Shown here piece after piece: positions 41,301 through 54,260 of a stretch of 64,000 nucleotides of DNA. A program made the position numbers and the translations under genes. Within the stretch, counting starts at the first letter, position 1. Each line of letters begins with the position of its first letter. Under the pieces are notes generated by a model, which was given only the letters and a program-made list of their open reading frames with translations, was not told the DNA's origin and did not search any database. The DNA lies in NCBI GenBank assembly GCA_021613535.1, contig CP075496.1, forward strand, positions 2,294,001 to 2,358,000. Reading direction: 5' to 3'. The DNA comes from Adineta vaga (lineage: Eukaryota; Animalia; Rotifera).

Positions 41301-42961
41301 TTTACATCATTCTATCATGTTATTTATAAATAGAAGATAAAGTTTTTATGAAATAAACTCTTTATTCATTTGATTTTATACAAGATATCGTATTCTATAC
41401 CGTGTTCATATTTATTAGTAAAAGATTCATCATTCAGATATTGTATCATCAATTTCCTTCTCATATTAGATCATCCAGAAAGAAATCTCGAAACTACATG
41501 GAAACGTTCTGACTCAAAAATATGATTTTGAAGTTACAATATTTGAAATTTTATAGATATATCTATCAAGCTATTCTATAGTTATCTTTCATTAATTAAA
41601 AATTTTACACTTATTTCGATTAGATTTGACAAGATGATTTGCCCTTATTTATAAGATTTTAGATGAAATTTTTTTATTGTATGACACTGTATTACTGGAC
41701 AATGGTAAAGATACATTATCTTTAGTGTACATTCATTTGATGTGTTCAATGATCTATGAAAATTGTATGAATAGAGGACAAAAGTCATATCCTTACCTTC
41801 ATTTTTTACAACGAAATCATGCGTATCACTGCACTTTTAATGTCTTTCGTCCGTCTTTAAATCATTTTTCTCTTCATATTTCTCTACATGATTTCCAACT
41901 CATCTCACAAGAAGAAGAAAAAAAGGTACTATTATGTCCTTCATTCACATAATTTTTGCCTTCGATCTAATATGTAATCGACTGTGTATATCACATCAAA
42001 CAAATACTATCATCACCCGCTGCTGTTCATTTCATTTATCAACAGGCATTCCTGATACAAACGTGTGCATGTATTTGCACTGATATATACAACCTTGACT
42101 GCAGAGTACATCTTGCTTCGTGTACGCTATTAACCAAACAAATAGACTCCTTCTCCTCCTCTTTCTCAACAAATCTATAGAATAGAAAGACATAGTTCAC
42201 AATACAAAACTGAGAATAATAGGGGGAAAAAAGGTCAGATTATCAGTCTTTATACAATTGTGCTCTTAAAACGAATGATTTTAGATCACGAGTACTGTTA
42301 TTTAATGAATGACTTCTTCAAAACTGTTACACGTACACATATTTCGATAGCTCCTGACCTTGTTCTCATGTCAACAAGCAATATGCATGGCAAAATGCCT
42401 TTATACGATCATGCTAATAAGATGGCCAGTCTATGAAAGGCATATCGATTTTGTAATTTTCCCCTCGAGACATGCATATTTTCCCTTTCATTGTACAAAT
42501 GTCTCGTTTACTATATTTCCTTCAATTACTAATCATTTGTGCTGATTTACTTTTTTTTTATGTCTATCTCCTTCGGTAATTGTATAAATCCTGTAAATAC
42601 GATCTTGCGATAACCTTGATACATATGATCTAATTACAACTCATTTATAATAGACAAGTCTCGTCAAAAATATACATACATGTTTTGAAGATGTTTGAAT
42701 GAAATTTTGTAATGCTCGATTTGCTGCTCGATCTTCACCATTCTCAGTTGGATCTTCATCATTGTCATCGAATTCTTGTTCGGATTCGGATAATTCCGAA
42801 TCCCAATCAATAAGAGAAGGAGATGGTTGAAATTTTGAAAAATTTCGTAAAGATGATGGTGTTAATTTAACAGATTGAATTGTGAGTTCGTCAGATGTCG
42901 ATGGTTCGTCTTCTTCTTCAATAGAGGACATACTGCAACGTCGAACGAGAAGACGATTCAT
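35383..42961 (-). CDS. MRL-family adaptor (lamellipodin/RAPH1, RIAM/APBB1IP, MIG-10) with RA and PH domains and a Pro/Ser-rich tail
   Basis: RA: [47 protein letters not shown]: [63 protein letters not shown]. Tail PVPPVPPRK. The distant first exon (42680-42961) is less certain. Confidence 0.85.
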
Positions 42962-45791
42962 GATAATAATAGGATGTCCTTAGAAACAAAAAATGATGAA
43001 TCTAGAATGAACGAAGAACAAGGAGATCGACATATAATGACGACAAAATCAACAGAGGAGAAAAGAAGAGAGAGAGAGACACAGAAAAAAATGCGACATA
43101 TAAAAAAGGGGGATTGAACACATGTTGATGCATTTTTTGTATGCAGAATACATATGTACTATTTCTCTGTTTTCAAGGAGCTCTCACACATGGTACGATC
43201 CGTTGTGAATTGATGATAAAATACATGATAGAAATTGCTAAAGAAAGTGAGAGACACATAAGCATACACGAAAGAAAAAGAAAGAGAATTAATTCAGTTA
43301 ATTGTCTCGACTTTCACGTAATCAAATTACCCGAAAAATAGAAATGAAACTGATGATGAAACAAAAGTATCAATGTTTTATAACAATGTATCTGATTGAA
43401 ATTCTAAATATAAAATAAAGTTCTCAATCTTATGTCAATATTTCTTTTTCTTTCAATCAAAATGCCGCAGTCTTCTAATTCAACATCAATATATGCGTGT
43501 GTGCGTGTGTATGTGAAATTGATTTGCACTTCATAAAGTGAAGATTGTCTATTTAAGAAGAAGAATTTCAGACAGAAGCAATAAAAAACTGCACATGCCC
43601 ATCCGTTTTATCAATTTCTTGAAATCAGAGAAATGAAGAGAGATTTATCTTCATTACACTTACTGTATGCATCTCGTAAAAGTAGGAGAGGGAAAAAAAA
43701 ATCTGAAACGAATTATACATTCGTTGATCTTCATCACTATCCATCCTCCATGCTGTGTCTATGTGCGATGACAAGTTGATCGATATTTATAAATGGATAC
43801 GTGCAGCGATGTTTCTCGTTTTTCTCTCTTCTCTCTTCCCATCGATAATCATACGTATCGGCATATACGCAACGGTCGATGAGCAATATCTCACACATAC
43901 GTCCACACACATCAGTGAGCGTTTGTTCGTTCGTCTTCGATTTCTCACTTTTTCTTCTCTGATAAATACTCTTTCTCTTTATCTTCAACGGATAGACAAA
44001 GAAGAAAAAAAAAATGATATGGAGGCAATTATTGAAGGATAATAGAGTGTTGGCACATCTTCTTGATTAGCTGCCTACTGATGCTTCTATGGGAATGCGA
44101 TCGATTTATGCAACATTGTTCTATGTATCTATACATATCTATATGTGACATGAACGATTGTACATATGAGCATTCTCAGCCGAAAGCAACACAATCACCC
44201 GACGAAATGTGGTTGTTGTTTTGCCAACAGCCAACATAGTACTTGTTAACTATGTCGGCGACGGATGGCAAGCGATAGAAATGGAAAAAGAAAAGCAGTG
44301 ATATCATCTTATCTTCTGTTCAGCACCCGTCTTCATTCTTTTTCTTCATCTCTTCATTGTTTGAAAGAATATTATATGGACAGCTGAACAAAAGTTTATT
44401 CGTATCAATCATGATAAACTGTTCTACTTAGAAGTAGTTTGGCTAGACAGAAATGATCGAAGAATTTCTACATTAAAGATGAAGAATCATAGAGATGATA
44501 ATGATAATGATGAGATACACTTGAAAAATGATCTATTTAACATTTCAGGTATATTCTTTTCTTCACAATAAAACAGCAGATTCAATTCTCAGACATCTGA
44601 TTCGCAAATAATATCTTTCACATAATATCATTATCTTACTTATTTTATTCAATCTATTCTCTTTATGATATACTTGTCAATAAAGTGATTGTTTTGCTCT
44701 TCGTATGAACAATCAACAATAAATGACGTTTGTACTCTATCATTATCTAGGTCTTCTTACTTGCTATGTCTAAATATCTCGACAAAATAATAGTAACAAT
44801 TTTTGATAGATTTAATGAGAATGAAAGAAAAGTACACACAAATCAAAACAAAATGAAAGAATTTCTTTCTGATAGATAAGAAGAAGAAAAAATCAAATAG
44901 GTCAACCTTCTTTCTATTCACTCTTTATTACTTTCATATGCCATGTGAATGAACACAAGGAGAGAAGATCAAAATCTGTTGAAAGAAGCACCAGAAGAAA
45001 CAGCTTATCGATCGAATATATCTCTTATGCAATACGTATACACACACGCAGAGACAGAAAAAATGAATGAATGAATACGTATGTATACCATATGATCATA
45101 TCGATACGTTATATACACTACAGTATTTCTGTGCTTACCGTATGTCTATATGTTTGTTCAATTTAATTAGAAGAAATAAGTCAGATGAATTAGACTTTGA
45201 CCTTGACTGATCGGCTATTTAATTTAAACCATCGAATAACAGAAGATAAACACACCTTCCAAGGTTAAGATATATATATTCATATTCACATAATGAAGAG
45301 AGAAGAAGAAAAACGACCTAGCTGATATGATTTCAGTTTAAATGTACAGAAGAAAAAGAGAAAAAAACGACTGAACGAAAACCATGAAACTTATTTCAAT
45401 GACATTCGATATCAATAACAAATCAATCTCATTAAACGATTTGCGTACATGTCAGTAGAAAAGAGAAGAAAAAAAAGATTATATTTTAGTTCAATCTCAA
45501 TTTCTACCTTGACTTTTGTCCTTCATAATGTTCTTCGAATAGATAATTATCGATAGAATGAAATTAAAGTAGTTTTCGTTTTTAACGTAAGATTCGTTTC
45601 TTTAATTTATCTTGATTATAAATATATATTCGATTAAGCAAAAAAAACTAACCTTTAACGGTAGATTAAAACTTGATGAAGATCAAATTTCATGGCTCAT
45701 AAATTCTGAAGTTTTCTTTTTTTTTAACTAAGTGTTAAAACTGTCATCTAAAATGTTCTTCTAGGCGCTTAATTATTGATTATCTCCTTGA

Positions 45792-46427
45792 ATGGGTACA
45801 TTTTGTAGTTCATCGAAAACAACAGAAACTCTATCTCCAATAAAGCTTTCTCAAAAGCAATTGACTGAATTAAATGATTTAACAAATATTCCCGAAAATG
45901 AAATCTTAATCTATCATCATCAATTTCGAACACTTAGTCCCAATGGACGAATGACACAAATACAATTTGATAATCAATTAAAAACTCTCGATGTACCAAC
46001 AGATCGAAGTAAAGCAATCTTTCGAATGATCGATAGAGATAATTCGGGTCATATATCCTTTCAAGAATATCTTCATTCCATTGCTCTCTTTTCTCAACAA
46101 TCACAACCTGAACAACAATTAGGTACTGTTTTTGATACTTATCAAGCTCTATCACGGCAAAGTTTAAAACCATCATTAAATGATTCACAAATTCAAGGCA
46201 TGACAAGAAATGATATTGAACATATGTTAAAACGAATGCATCCCGATATTTCAAGCGAAGAAATTGATGAACTATGCAATCGATATATGAATAGTGATCA
46301 GAATAAAAATGGCTATATTAGTAAACAAGAATTCATTTCAGCATGTATGAAAAATGCTAAACTTATGGAACAATTAGGACATGAAGATGCGGTAACGAAA
46401 GCGAATATAAATGAAAATAATAGTTAA
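45792..46427 (+). CDS. Neuronal calcium sensor/recoverin-like EF-hand protein with an N-myristoylation-type start
   Basis: MGTFCSS start; EF loops DRDNSGHISFQEY and DQNKNGYISKQEF; SPNGRMT..F typical of the NCS N-terminus. Confidence 0.85.
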   Translation: MGTFCSSSKTTETLSPIKLSQKQLTELNDLTNIPENEILIYHHQFRTLSPNGRMTQIQFDNQLKTLDVPTDRSKAIFRMIDRDNSGHISFQEYLHSIALFSQQSQPEQQLGTVFDTYQALSRQSLKPSLNDSQIQGMTRNDIEHMLKRMHPDISSEEIDELCNRYMNSDQNKNGYISKQEFISACMKNAKLMEQLGHEDAVTKANINENNS

Positions 46428-46536
46428 GAGATTGAAAACATACGTTGTGAGTCATCATCTTGAGGAAAGTTTATCTTTGAAAAGAATTAGATAACAATTA
46501 GTATGACTAATTTCTTTTTTTTGAATCATAAAAAAA

Positions 46537-47078
46537 TTATTTCGATTTTTTAGTTAAATATATCACTACTCCAATCACTATAGCAAGAATAGTGATTATA
46601 AAGCATAATGCACCACAAAAAATTTTCTTTCGACGAGCGGCAGACTAAATACAATAGAGTATTTTGATTACATTTTGTTCGTCATCAGGGATTTATTTAC
46701 CTGTAATTCAACCGCTTTTGCTAATGAATTGTTTCCTGCAACAACCTGTTGTTCAGTTTTGATGACATGTACATCGATATTATCTAGAGAAAAACCTCGA
46801 AAGAGATGACAGTTAATTGAAATGAAAATTTTTACCAATCAATTCATGATGATTACTAACGAGATCAGCAAAATCACGATGTATTCCACCTAATTGAACA
46901 ATTTGATTCTGAGAAAAGAGAAAATACCGAATCTTTATCGATGAAACAATAGATTTACTTCTAATTGTTTCAATTCACCATGTCGTTCTTCAACATCTCG
47001 TAATTGATTTCCATCTGTTTGTTGCACTTGATATGATTGATAATATATTGTATCATTATTTTGTCTCGGATCACGCAT
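46537..47078 (-). CDS. Minimal syntaxin-like Qa-SNARE (SNARE motif plus C-terminal TM), 4 exons
   Basis: LRDVEERHGELKQLE-NQIVQLGGIHRDFADLVSNHHELI-DNIDVHVIKTEQQVVAGNNSLAKAVELQ-SAARRKKIFCGALCFIITILAIVIGVVIYL. Confidence 0.8.
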
Positions 47079-47390
47079 TGTTATTTTCAAGTTCGTAGCA
47101 AAGATAATTTTACTTCTTCTTCTCGATGAATGAAAATGAAGAAAAAGAAGAAAAGTATGCTTAGCTAGATAACAGATGATAATTCTTTTCAAACAAAATA
47201 AAGAAAGATACGTCATTTTAAATACGATCGATAACAGACACTTTTCTATGTAGATTGATTAACCGATTTGTTTTTTGTTATTGTAAGATATTTTTATTAA
47301 AAAATTTATATTTGCATACAACTATATTAATGAAAGTTGTACAGATAGATCTTTACGTCTGATTTGAAAAGAAAGAACAATGTGATCGTT

Positions 47391-48179
47391 TTAAACATCA
47401 ACAGATTTTAAAGTTGTCGTAGTTGTCGCTAATGGATTTTCTTTATAATCAATTGCTGGACATCCATAGATAAGACTAGCTAATTCAAATTCAAGTTCTG
47501 TATCCGAAATCGAAAGAACACGTGTTGAGAAAGGTTGATTCAGTATTGTATTGATTGTTTTTTGTTGATGAAGAATTTCTTCCAGCTCAGGATCAATCTC
47601 ATTATCATCAATTATTGTCAATCGAATATCATCATTATTATTGAAGATAAATTCATCTGCCATCTGTAGTCTCTTAAAAGAGAAAAGCTCTTATGAAAAA
47701 CAAAAAAACAACTTTTTTATAAATCAAAAAGTCATACTTTTGATGAAGATGGTGATGGTTTATTTGAAGATTGATGATCTGAAATTTCACAAATTTTCTC
47801 TTCAAATGACTAATTTGTCAATTTTCATGACTAACCTTGAGTTTTTATTTCTGGTGCTTCAATAATATCTGATTTAAGCCGATCATCTTTCATATATTTT
47901 GAGCTTTTTTTGCCAACACAAGCACCCATTGCAAACAAACAAGAAAACGTACTTTGTTCAATTAACCGTTTATATACTTTTAGTAGATTGCTTCTATGTG
48001 CACGTCGGGGGTTTTTTCTATGTCTGCTTTTTTAGATGTTTTTTTTTCGTTCTCCTGTTGATTCATGTCTTATTAAATTGCAGTAAAGAAAAAAGGGGAA
48101 GAAGAAAAAAAAATGACATAAGTATGTTTCATTCTGTAATAATATACCGAGAAAAAAAAAGAGAAACTAGTTTACCCAT
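47391..48179 (-). CDS. Hypothetical protein with weak Snf7/CHMP4-like C-terminus; exon structure unresolved
   Basis: Last exon EIDPELEEILHQQKTINTILNQPF..ISDTELEFELASL resembles ESCRT-III alpha4-5. Upstream exons did not join cleanly. Confidence 0.35.
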
Positions 48180-48737
48180 TTTCATTTGGACGAGAAGAAC
48201 GAAAGGATTTAGATGCCGAAAGAAAATGTAAATGATACCCTAGTGGTTGGTATAGTCATACTATATACATGATACAATCAGATTACAAACATGAATATTT
48301 TCAGGTGTTGTGTTTTTTGATTGATAATTTTCGAGAAATAATCATTAGTTTTCATCATCAGTTGACATTTGTAGAGGACATCCTTGGAATTAATCTTTGA
48401 TTCTGACGCTTGTCAAAGGTGTTCTAATTGCATTTTGTTTTGAATATGATGATTTCAATATGTAAAAAAAGTCTATAAACGAATGATCTTGATTTGATTG
48501 AGAAAGATAAAAATCAATAAATAATACTAAAGCATTGAAGAAAGTATCTTCTTTTGAAAAATTTATCTATGAAGAAATTTATTCGATTCTATTGTGAAGT
48601 ATGCGCACGTATAATTAATACTGTCATCATGAAAGCAGCTCGAAAAGAAATGATAAGAATTACATGTTATCTTCTATCACGGTATCTGTCATCATCTTTC
48701 ACAGATCATAACAACTACAAGCATAGCAAAAGTGAAG

Positions 48738-48863
48738 ATGTCTGAAGAAACAAATGTTGATCAGATTGACTTTATTGATAAAACTGAATCTAGTTTAATG
48801 CAATATTCAACTCGATTAAGTGAACGAGTTATCGAACGGGCACTTGGTTTGTTTGTCTCTTAA
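48738..48863 (+). CDS. Small ORF or terminal exon with an AKAP-like amphipathic helix
   Basis: MSEETNVDQIDFIDKTESSLMQYSTRLSERVIERALGLFVS*; preceded by an in-frame CAG acceptor at about 48704. Confidence 0.3.
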   Translation: MSEETNVDQIDFIDKTESSLMQYSTRLSERVIERALGLFVS

Positions 48864-49299
48864 TTTATCGAATAAGAAAATCTATTTTTATACTTTAGAT
48901 GTAATATATGAAGAATCAAATCATATGGATCCAAAGATTCACGAATGGCGCCATTCACTTGATAAAATTCCTCTCGCAAATAATTGACTTTATTAATCTT
49001 TTGTTCTTCAATAAAACTAATATTTCGTTGTGCTTACTTTTATATGATTAACCTGTAGGAAGAACAGAATGACGAAGAAGAAAAAACTTAATAAATATTG
49101 AAATGTAAGAGAGAAAGCAAGAAAAAAACACAGTTTCAACGATAAACAACAAGAGCGTGGATGATGTGTGTTTTGATTCGAAAGAAAAATGTATTCATCT
49201 TTATTTCTTTTTTGTAAAAAGGAAGAAAAGCAATGTTTTCTTTTTGACACATATATTTCGTGTTTTTCTTATGCATAGTGGACAATAAATAAACGAAAT

Positions 49300-51667
49300 A
49301 TGGGTAATACTCCAGGAGGTTTAATTCATCGATTAAAATATCGAATTACTGGTAAACGTTCATCAAAATCTTCATGTTCATCAGAATTACCATCGCCTAT
49401 GGACACAATAAATCTTGAAACCTTTCTACTTGTTTGGCTTGATCCTAATGTTGATAGTAGCAAAGAAAATTTACATACTCAAAAACGTTTACGAGAAATT
49501 CTTACATGTCTTATCACCTTTGATAATGTCAATGCATGTGAAAAATGGTTGAAAAAATGTTATTCAGATGAAAAAATCATTCTCATTGTATCTGGCTCTT
49601 ATGGACAAGAAATTGTACCAAGAATTCATTATTTATCCAATATTGTATCGATTCATATCTATTGTTTAGATGTGCATCGAAATCAACTTTGGACTAAAGA
49701 TTATCCCAAGATTCGAAGTGTACAATCATCTACCGATGAACTTTTACATGATTTATCATTAAATCAAACGAATCTTGAAAGTGTAGAAGATTCAAAAGCA
49801 TTAAATATTCTTAAACGTCAACAACAAATCTATTCTTTTGATCCGAAAACCGCATCATTTCTTTCGTATCAACTATTCCTTGAAATTCTTATTTCTCCGC
49901 TGTATTTACAATATCCAGCAACATACAATGAATTGATTCAAATCCTTCGTCAATATAATTCAGACAATGAATATGGTTCCGAATTAATCAAAGAATTTGA
50001 ACGAACTTATAAATCAACAAATGCTATTCAATGGTTAATACGTGATACACCATTAGTCCGTTTTCTTAACAAAGCATTACGTGAACAAGATATTCAAATG
50101 ATGTTTGCATTACGTTTTCTTCTTATCGATGTTCATAAACAAATCATTGAACATCAAGTGTCATCATTAAATGTTTATAAAATTCAACCTATGTGTCGAA
50201 TTGATATGGAAAATCTTAAAGCTAATCCCGGACAATTATTAGTTATGAATGGATTTCTTTTTGCTTCAACAAATAAATCTGAAGTGATATCGATGAGTAC
50301 AACAAATGATCAATTTGAAAATGTTCTATTAGATATTCAAGCAGATTATCAATCAGATGCAGCTCCGTTTACTTTTCTTCCGAATATGGAATCAAATCAT
50401 AACAAATCAATGAATCGAGAAGTTCTTTTTATGTGTGGTTCAATATTTGAAGTAGGTCCATTATTAAATGAAGAACTATTTTGGACACTTCATTTAAAAT
50501 TAGTTGGAGAAAGTAAATCACTTGCATTATCTCATATGAAACAAACACTACGCGAAACACAAGATTTATGTCTTGTTGGTGATCTATTTTATCAATGTGA
50601 ACAAATACAACAAGCTGCTATGTATTCTAAAAGATTACTTAGTGATTTACCTAAACGACATCAATTAATTCCAAAAATTAATGAACAATTAACTAAATAT
50701 AGTCAAAATAATCCAAGTAAATAAACACGTCTTCATTTTGTTTTCGATAATTTTTCATTTTTTTTTCTTAGTTTCAAATCAAAATGTTTTATATATTCTT
50801 GTAAATTTATCTGATCATTTAAATGAATTTACATCATCTGTATTACGAATACTTCGTTTGATGACCTCTAAACTTATCTTAACGATTGATGATGAATCAC
50901 CTATTGATTTTTCTCAATGGTCAAAAAGTAATATTTCAATTTTTACTACGACACACTACGCATCTTCATTGGAATGTATTCCAAGAAATTGTCAACTTTT
51001 CATCTTCGATAAAGACAATTCAAAAACAGATCAACAACGATATGCAACTATAGATGATCTAATATGCCAATTAGCAGAAGAAATTATACAGAAATTTCGA
51101 TCCGATGCTGTCAAATCTACGAATATCGGTGATACAACAAAAGCTGCAGAACAAAATGCCAATGCCGAACAAATTTATAGTGAATTAAGAAAATTACAAC
51201 CAACACCAGATCAAACGAAAACATCAGACACTTTCATAGCACCGAGTTTAATTTGGTTGATAAACGATACAACTAATGATGAAATAACTGATTTAATTGA
51301 AAAACAATTTCCCGATTATTTCCAAACTCATTTGACTTTTTATCAAGAAGATGATTTTCATTATTATTTATTAACGAATGATATTCATGCAGATAAATTT
51401 CTTATTCTTTATGGTAATTATTCGAAATCAATGATTGAAAGTTCTCGTCAATTTTCTAATGTTAAATATGTATATCAATATGAAGAATTGAACAAAACGG
51501 ATAAAGATAAACTGCAATATCGTCTAACGTATGATCTTATTGACTATTATGGAAAATTAGGTGAACAATATCGAGCCAATAAGCAACAAAAAAAAGCGAA
51601 ATTAATGTTTTCAAAAGCGAAAAATTTATGTCATTTTTTATCTAAACAATATTTTTCTGACGAATAA
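49300..51667 (+). CDS. ADP-ribosyltransferase-like (R-S-E clade) multidomain protein with degenerate catalytic motifs, 2 exons
   Basis: MGNT start; LETFLLVWLD..IILIVSGSYGQEIVPRIHYL..IHIYC module; AIQWLIRDTPLVRFLNKALREQDI; VYKIQ..GQLLVMNGFLFAS..PF..REVLFMCGSIFEV; TPR-like helices. Phase-1 intron at about 50717-50770. Confidence 0.75.
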
Positions 51668-51692
51668 AATCGAATTCTTTTTCATGTTTTAG

Positions 51693-52250
51693 ATGGGAAC
51701 TATCGAGGATATTGTTTTCGATGATCTTTACTCTCATGGAACAAATCAATTCTTATTACTTGACGATGAGCCACCGAGTACAAATGGTCCGTCACCTACA
51801 ATACCATTACGAAGTGCATTAATACTAACCTTCATACGTGTATTTCGTAAATTACTTCCATGTCAACAGCATGTAAACGAGAATAATCGAAAAATATTTA
51901 CATTGGTTATTTCGAATCAACAACTTATAAATTGGAATAATCTTATCAATTTACTTGATCCTAATCTTGATAAAGTTTATATTTATTCTCGTAGTTATTA
52001 TGATTATATAAGAATGAAACGATGGCATGGATGTTATAGAGATCAAATTCAAGGTGTTTATCAATGTGATAAACTTGATTATAAATTATTACTATTAGGT
52101 GTAGATCATATACATACAGTTAAGGAAGAATGTGCTGACGATCGAGGATTATGCAAACGATTTTCTGCAGATGGACGTAGACTACTTCAAGCATTAGCAC
52201 AATATTTTGATGACGATGAAGATGAACCATTAGGTGAAGAAGCTCAATAG
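51693..52250 (+). CDS. Hypothetical 185-aa protein with a Rossmann/receiver-like module similar to the ART N-terminal module
   Basis: Clean ATG ORF; FLLLDD..IFTLVISNQ..PNLDKVYIYS..W..Y..IQGVY. Confidence 0.65.
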   Translation: MGTIEDIVFDDLYSHGTNQFLLLDDEPPSTNGPSPTIPLRSALILTFIRVFRKLLPCQQHVNENNRKIFTLVISNQQLINWNNLINLLDPNLDKVYIYSRSYYDYIRMKRWHGCYRDQIQGVYQCDKLDYKLLLLGVDHIHTVKEECADDRGLCKRFSADGRRLLQALAQYFDDDEDEPLGEEAQ

Positions 52251-53187
52251 GTTTCTCTTCTTATTCCTCTATCGAGCAATATTTTGTATTAATTAGTTTG
52301 AAAGTAATCTATTCTGATAAACTATTTGCAAAACTAAACATACAAACTGGTGTAAAACATTTAATTAAAATTCTGCTCTGTAGTTTAACATTTATAACAA
52401 AAAATATCTGAATTATTCTGATCAAATTCGATTGAGAGTATCAAAACACGTACATATATACTTTAAATCATATACAATTTACATTAGATGATAGTTTATC
52501 CTACTATTCATTCACAGTCAGTATATTTACTCTTCTCAAAAATAAGAATTGATTGATCAGTGGATCAGGAATATTTTTCTACTTAACCTGATTTCATTAC
52601 ATTCTTGTTTTCGAATTGAAGATTCTCCTATAGAAATATGATATATATAATATTTAAAAAACAAAATCTACAGACTAATATTTATATGATATAATTTACT
52701 ATATATAACATCATTATCGAGCAATCAATGTTTCAAAAACATGAACTAAAAGAAATATTAGAATAAAATCAAATACTGTTCTCAGTCGATTAATAATATG
52801 AAAAAAAAGAGAAAAAAAGAATCGTTTATATTTGTACTTAAACTTTCAGAAGGATAGTCAGAAGGAAGATAATTTTATATTTCTCTGGTTTTTCCCTGAA
52901 GTTTATTCGCTCACTTAATGCACTTTCGCGGAATGAAAATTATGTTTCAAAGAAGATAACTGATTTATTTATCAAACATTGATAAAATAAAAATAGATTC
53001 ACTTCATCCCAATATGAATGGATGATTATACCCATATCATCAAATGTGATCAAAAAGCGACGGAGTTGGTAAAAACCAGGTGACATGTGCAAATATCATT
53101 CTATTCCTTCCAAAAATACATCTAGAATGATTAATGACAATAAAATCTCTTCTTCTTCTTGATTAACGCATTTGATATGTAAGTGTC

Positions 53188-54260
53188 TCATGATTATTTT
53201 GGACGGTAACATTTGAAAGTATTTTATTATTGAATGGAAACAATTATACTAATGAAAATCTCGAATTATCTTCTGTAACTAATTATTGGTTAATAAAAAA
53301 TGAAAATAGACAATAAAATCTGTTTTTGTTAGTGATGTATAGTCAGAGAAGTAAAAGTAAATGTTCTTTGATGAATCTAAACACATGTCTTTCGACAAAC
53401 TTGGTTATTCATCTGATTGATCATTTGAATCTTCATTATTTCTCGAATTGAAAGAATCACGTCCAAGAAGTTCATTGTAAATATCAAGTTTTCGGGTCAC
53501 TTTTTTTGCTTTTAAACAACAACAAACTTTATGTCCAACCATACACCATGCACCTTCATCCCAATTGCCAATGCAAGTAGAGCCAGCTGGACAATTTTTA
53601 CAAGTACTGGCACAAATTGGTCCAGCGCCTAATAAGTAGAAAGATAGAACAAATAAAATCTAAAGGATAATTTACCCTCAACTAGTCCAGATCCATATTT
53701 AAGCTTATACAAGCAGAATTGCAATCTTTACCATCTGAAGGAACCTCCGAGCCTTTCATATTTGTTGTCTTGTCTATAACAGCATCTATAGTCTTTCCGG
53801 TCTTTTTAGTTTTTGCAGCACGTTTCTCATCATGTGGATAAGTAGAAACCAAACAAATGCATACAGAGAGAATGATTATCGCACTCTTCATCGTTGTTGT
53901 TTGTTTGTTTGTATGTTGATGAATAAGTAAGAAATAGCTTCGTAGGATTGATCGAAATAATATTATTATGAAAGAAAACTTGCTTCTTTTATACTTATCG
54001 TTGACAAAGAGATAAATATCAAACTATGTGCGAAATCCAGTTTTTATTTTGTCTACTATATTTTACAGTCAGAAAAAGTACCTGACAGTTACTCTTATAT
54101 TGCGAAATGTCACTGAACAACCTTTCTTTACTCCATATTATTCGCACGCAATTTCGCATTTTCATAGATATAATCGCATAATTAAAAAAATGATGAATGA
54201 TTGGATTAAATGTATCGTATTCAAGAATCGATAAAAACAAAGATAACCCAATTGAGACAA
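53188..54260 (-). repeat. Inverted duplication, left arm (~1.07 kb)
   Basis: Reverse complement of 54826-55897; the ORF track also shows mirrored spurious ORFs at 54028+/54852- and 54019-/54819+. Confidence 0.95.
53405..53891 (-). CDS. Secreted 10-Cys peptide precursor A (1-nt frameshift near 53700 as assembled)
   Basis: MKSAIIILSVCICLVSTYPHDEKR-AAKTKK..DGKDCNSACIS(L/K)YGSGLVE-G-AGPICASTCKNCPAGSTCIGNWDEGAWCMVGHKVCCCLKAKKVTRKLDIYNELLGRDSFNSRNNEDSNDQSDE*. Confidence 0.8.
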
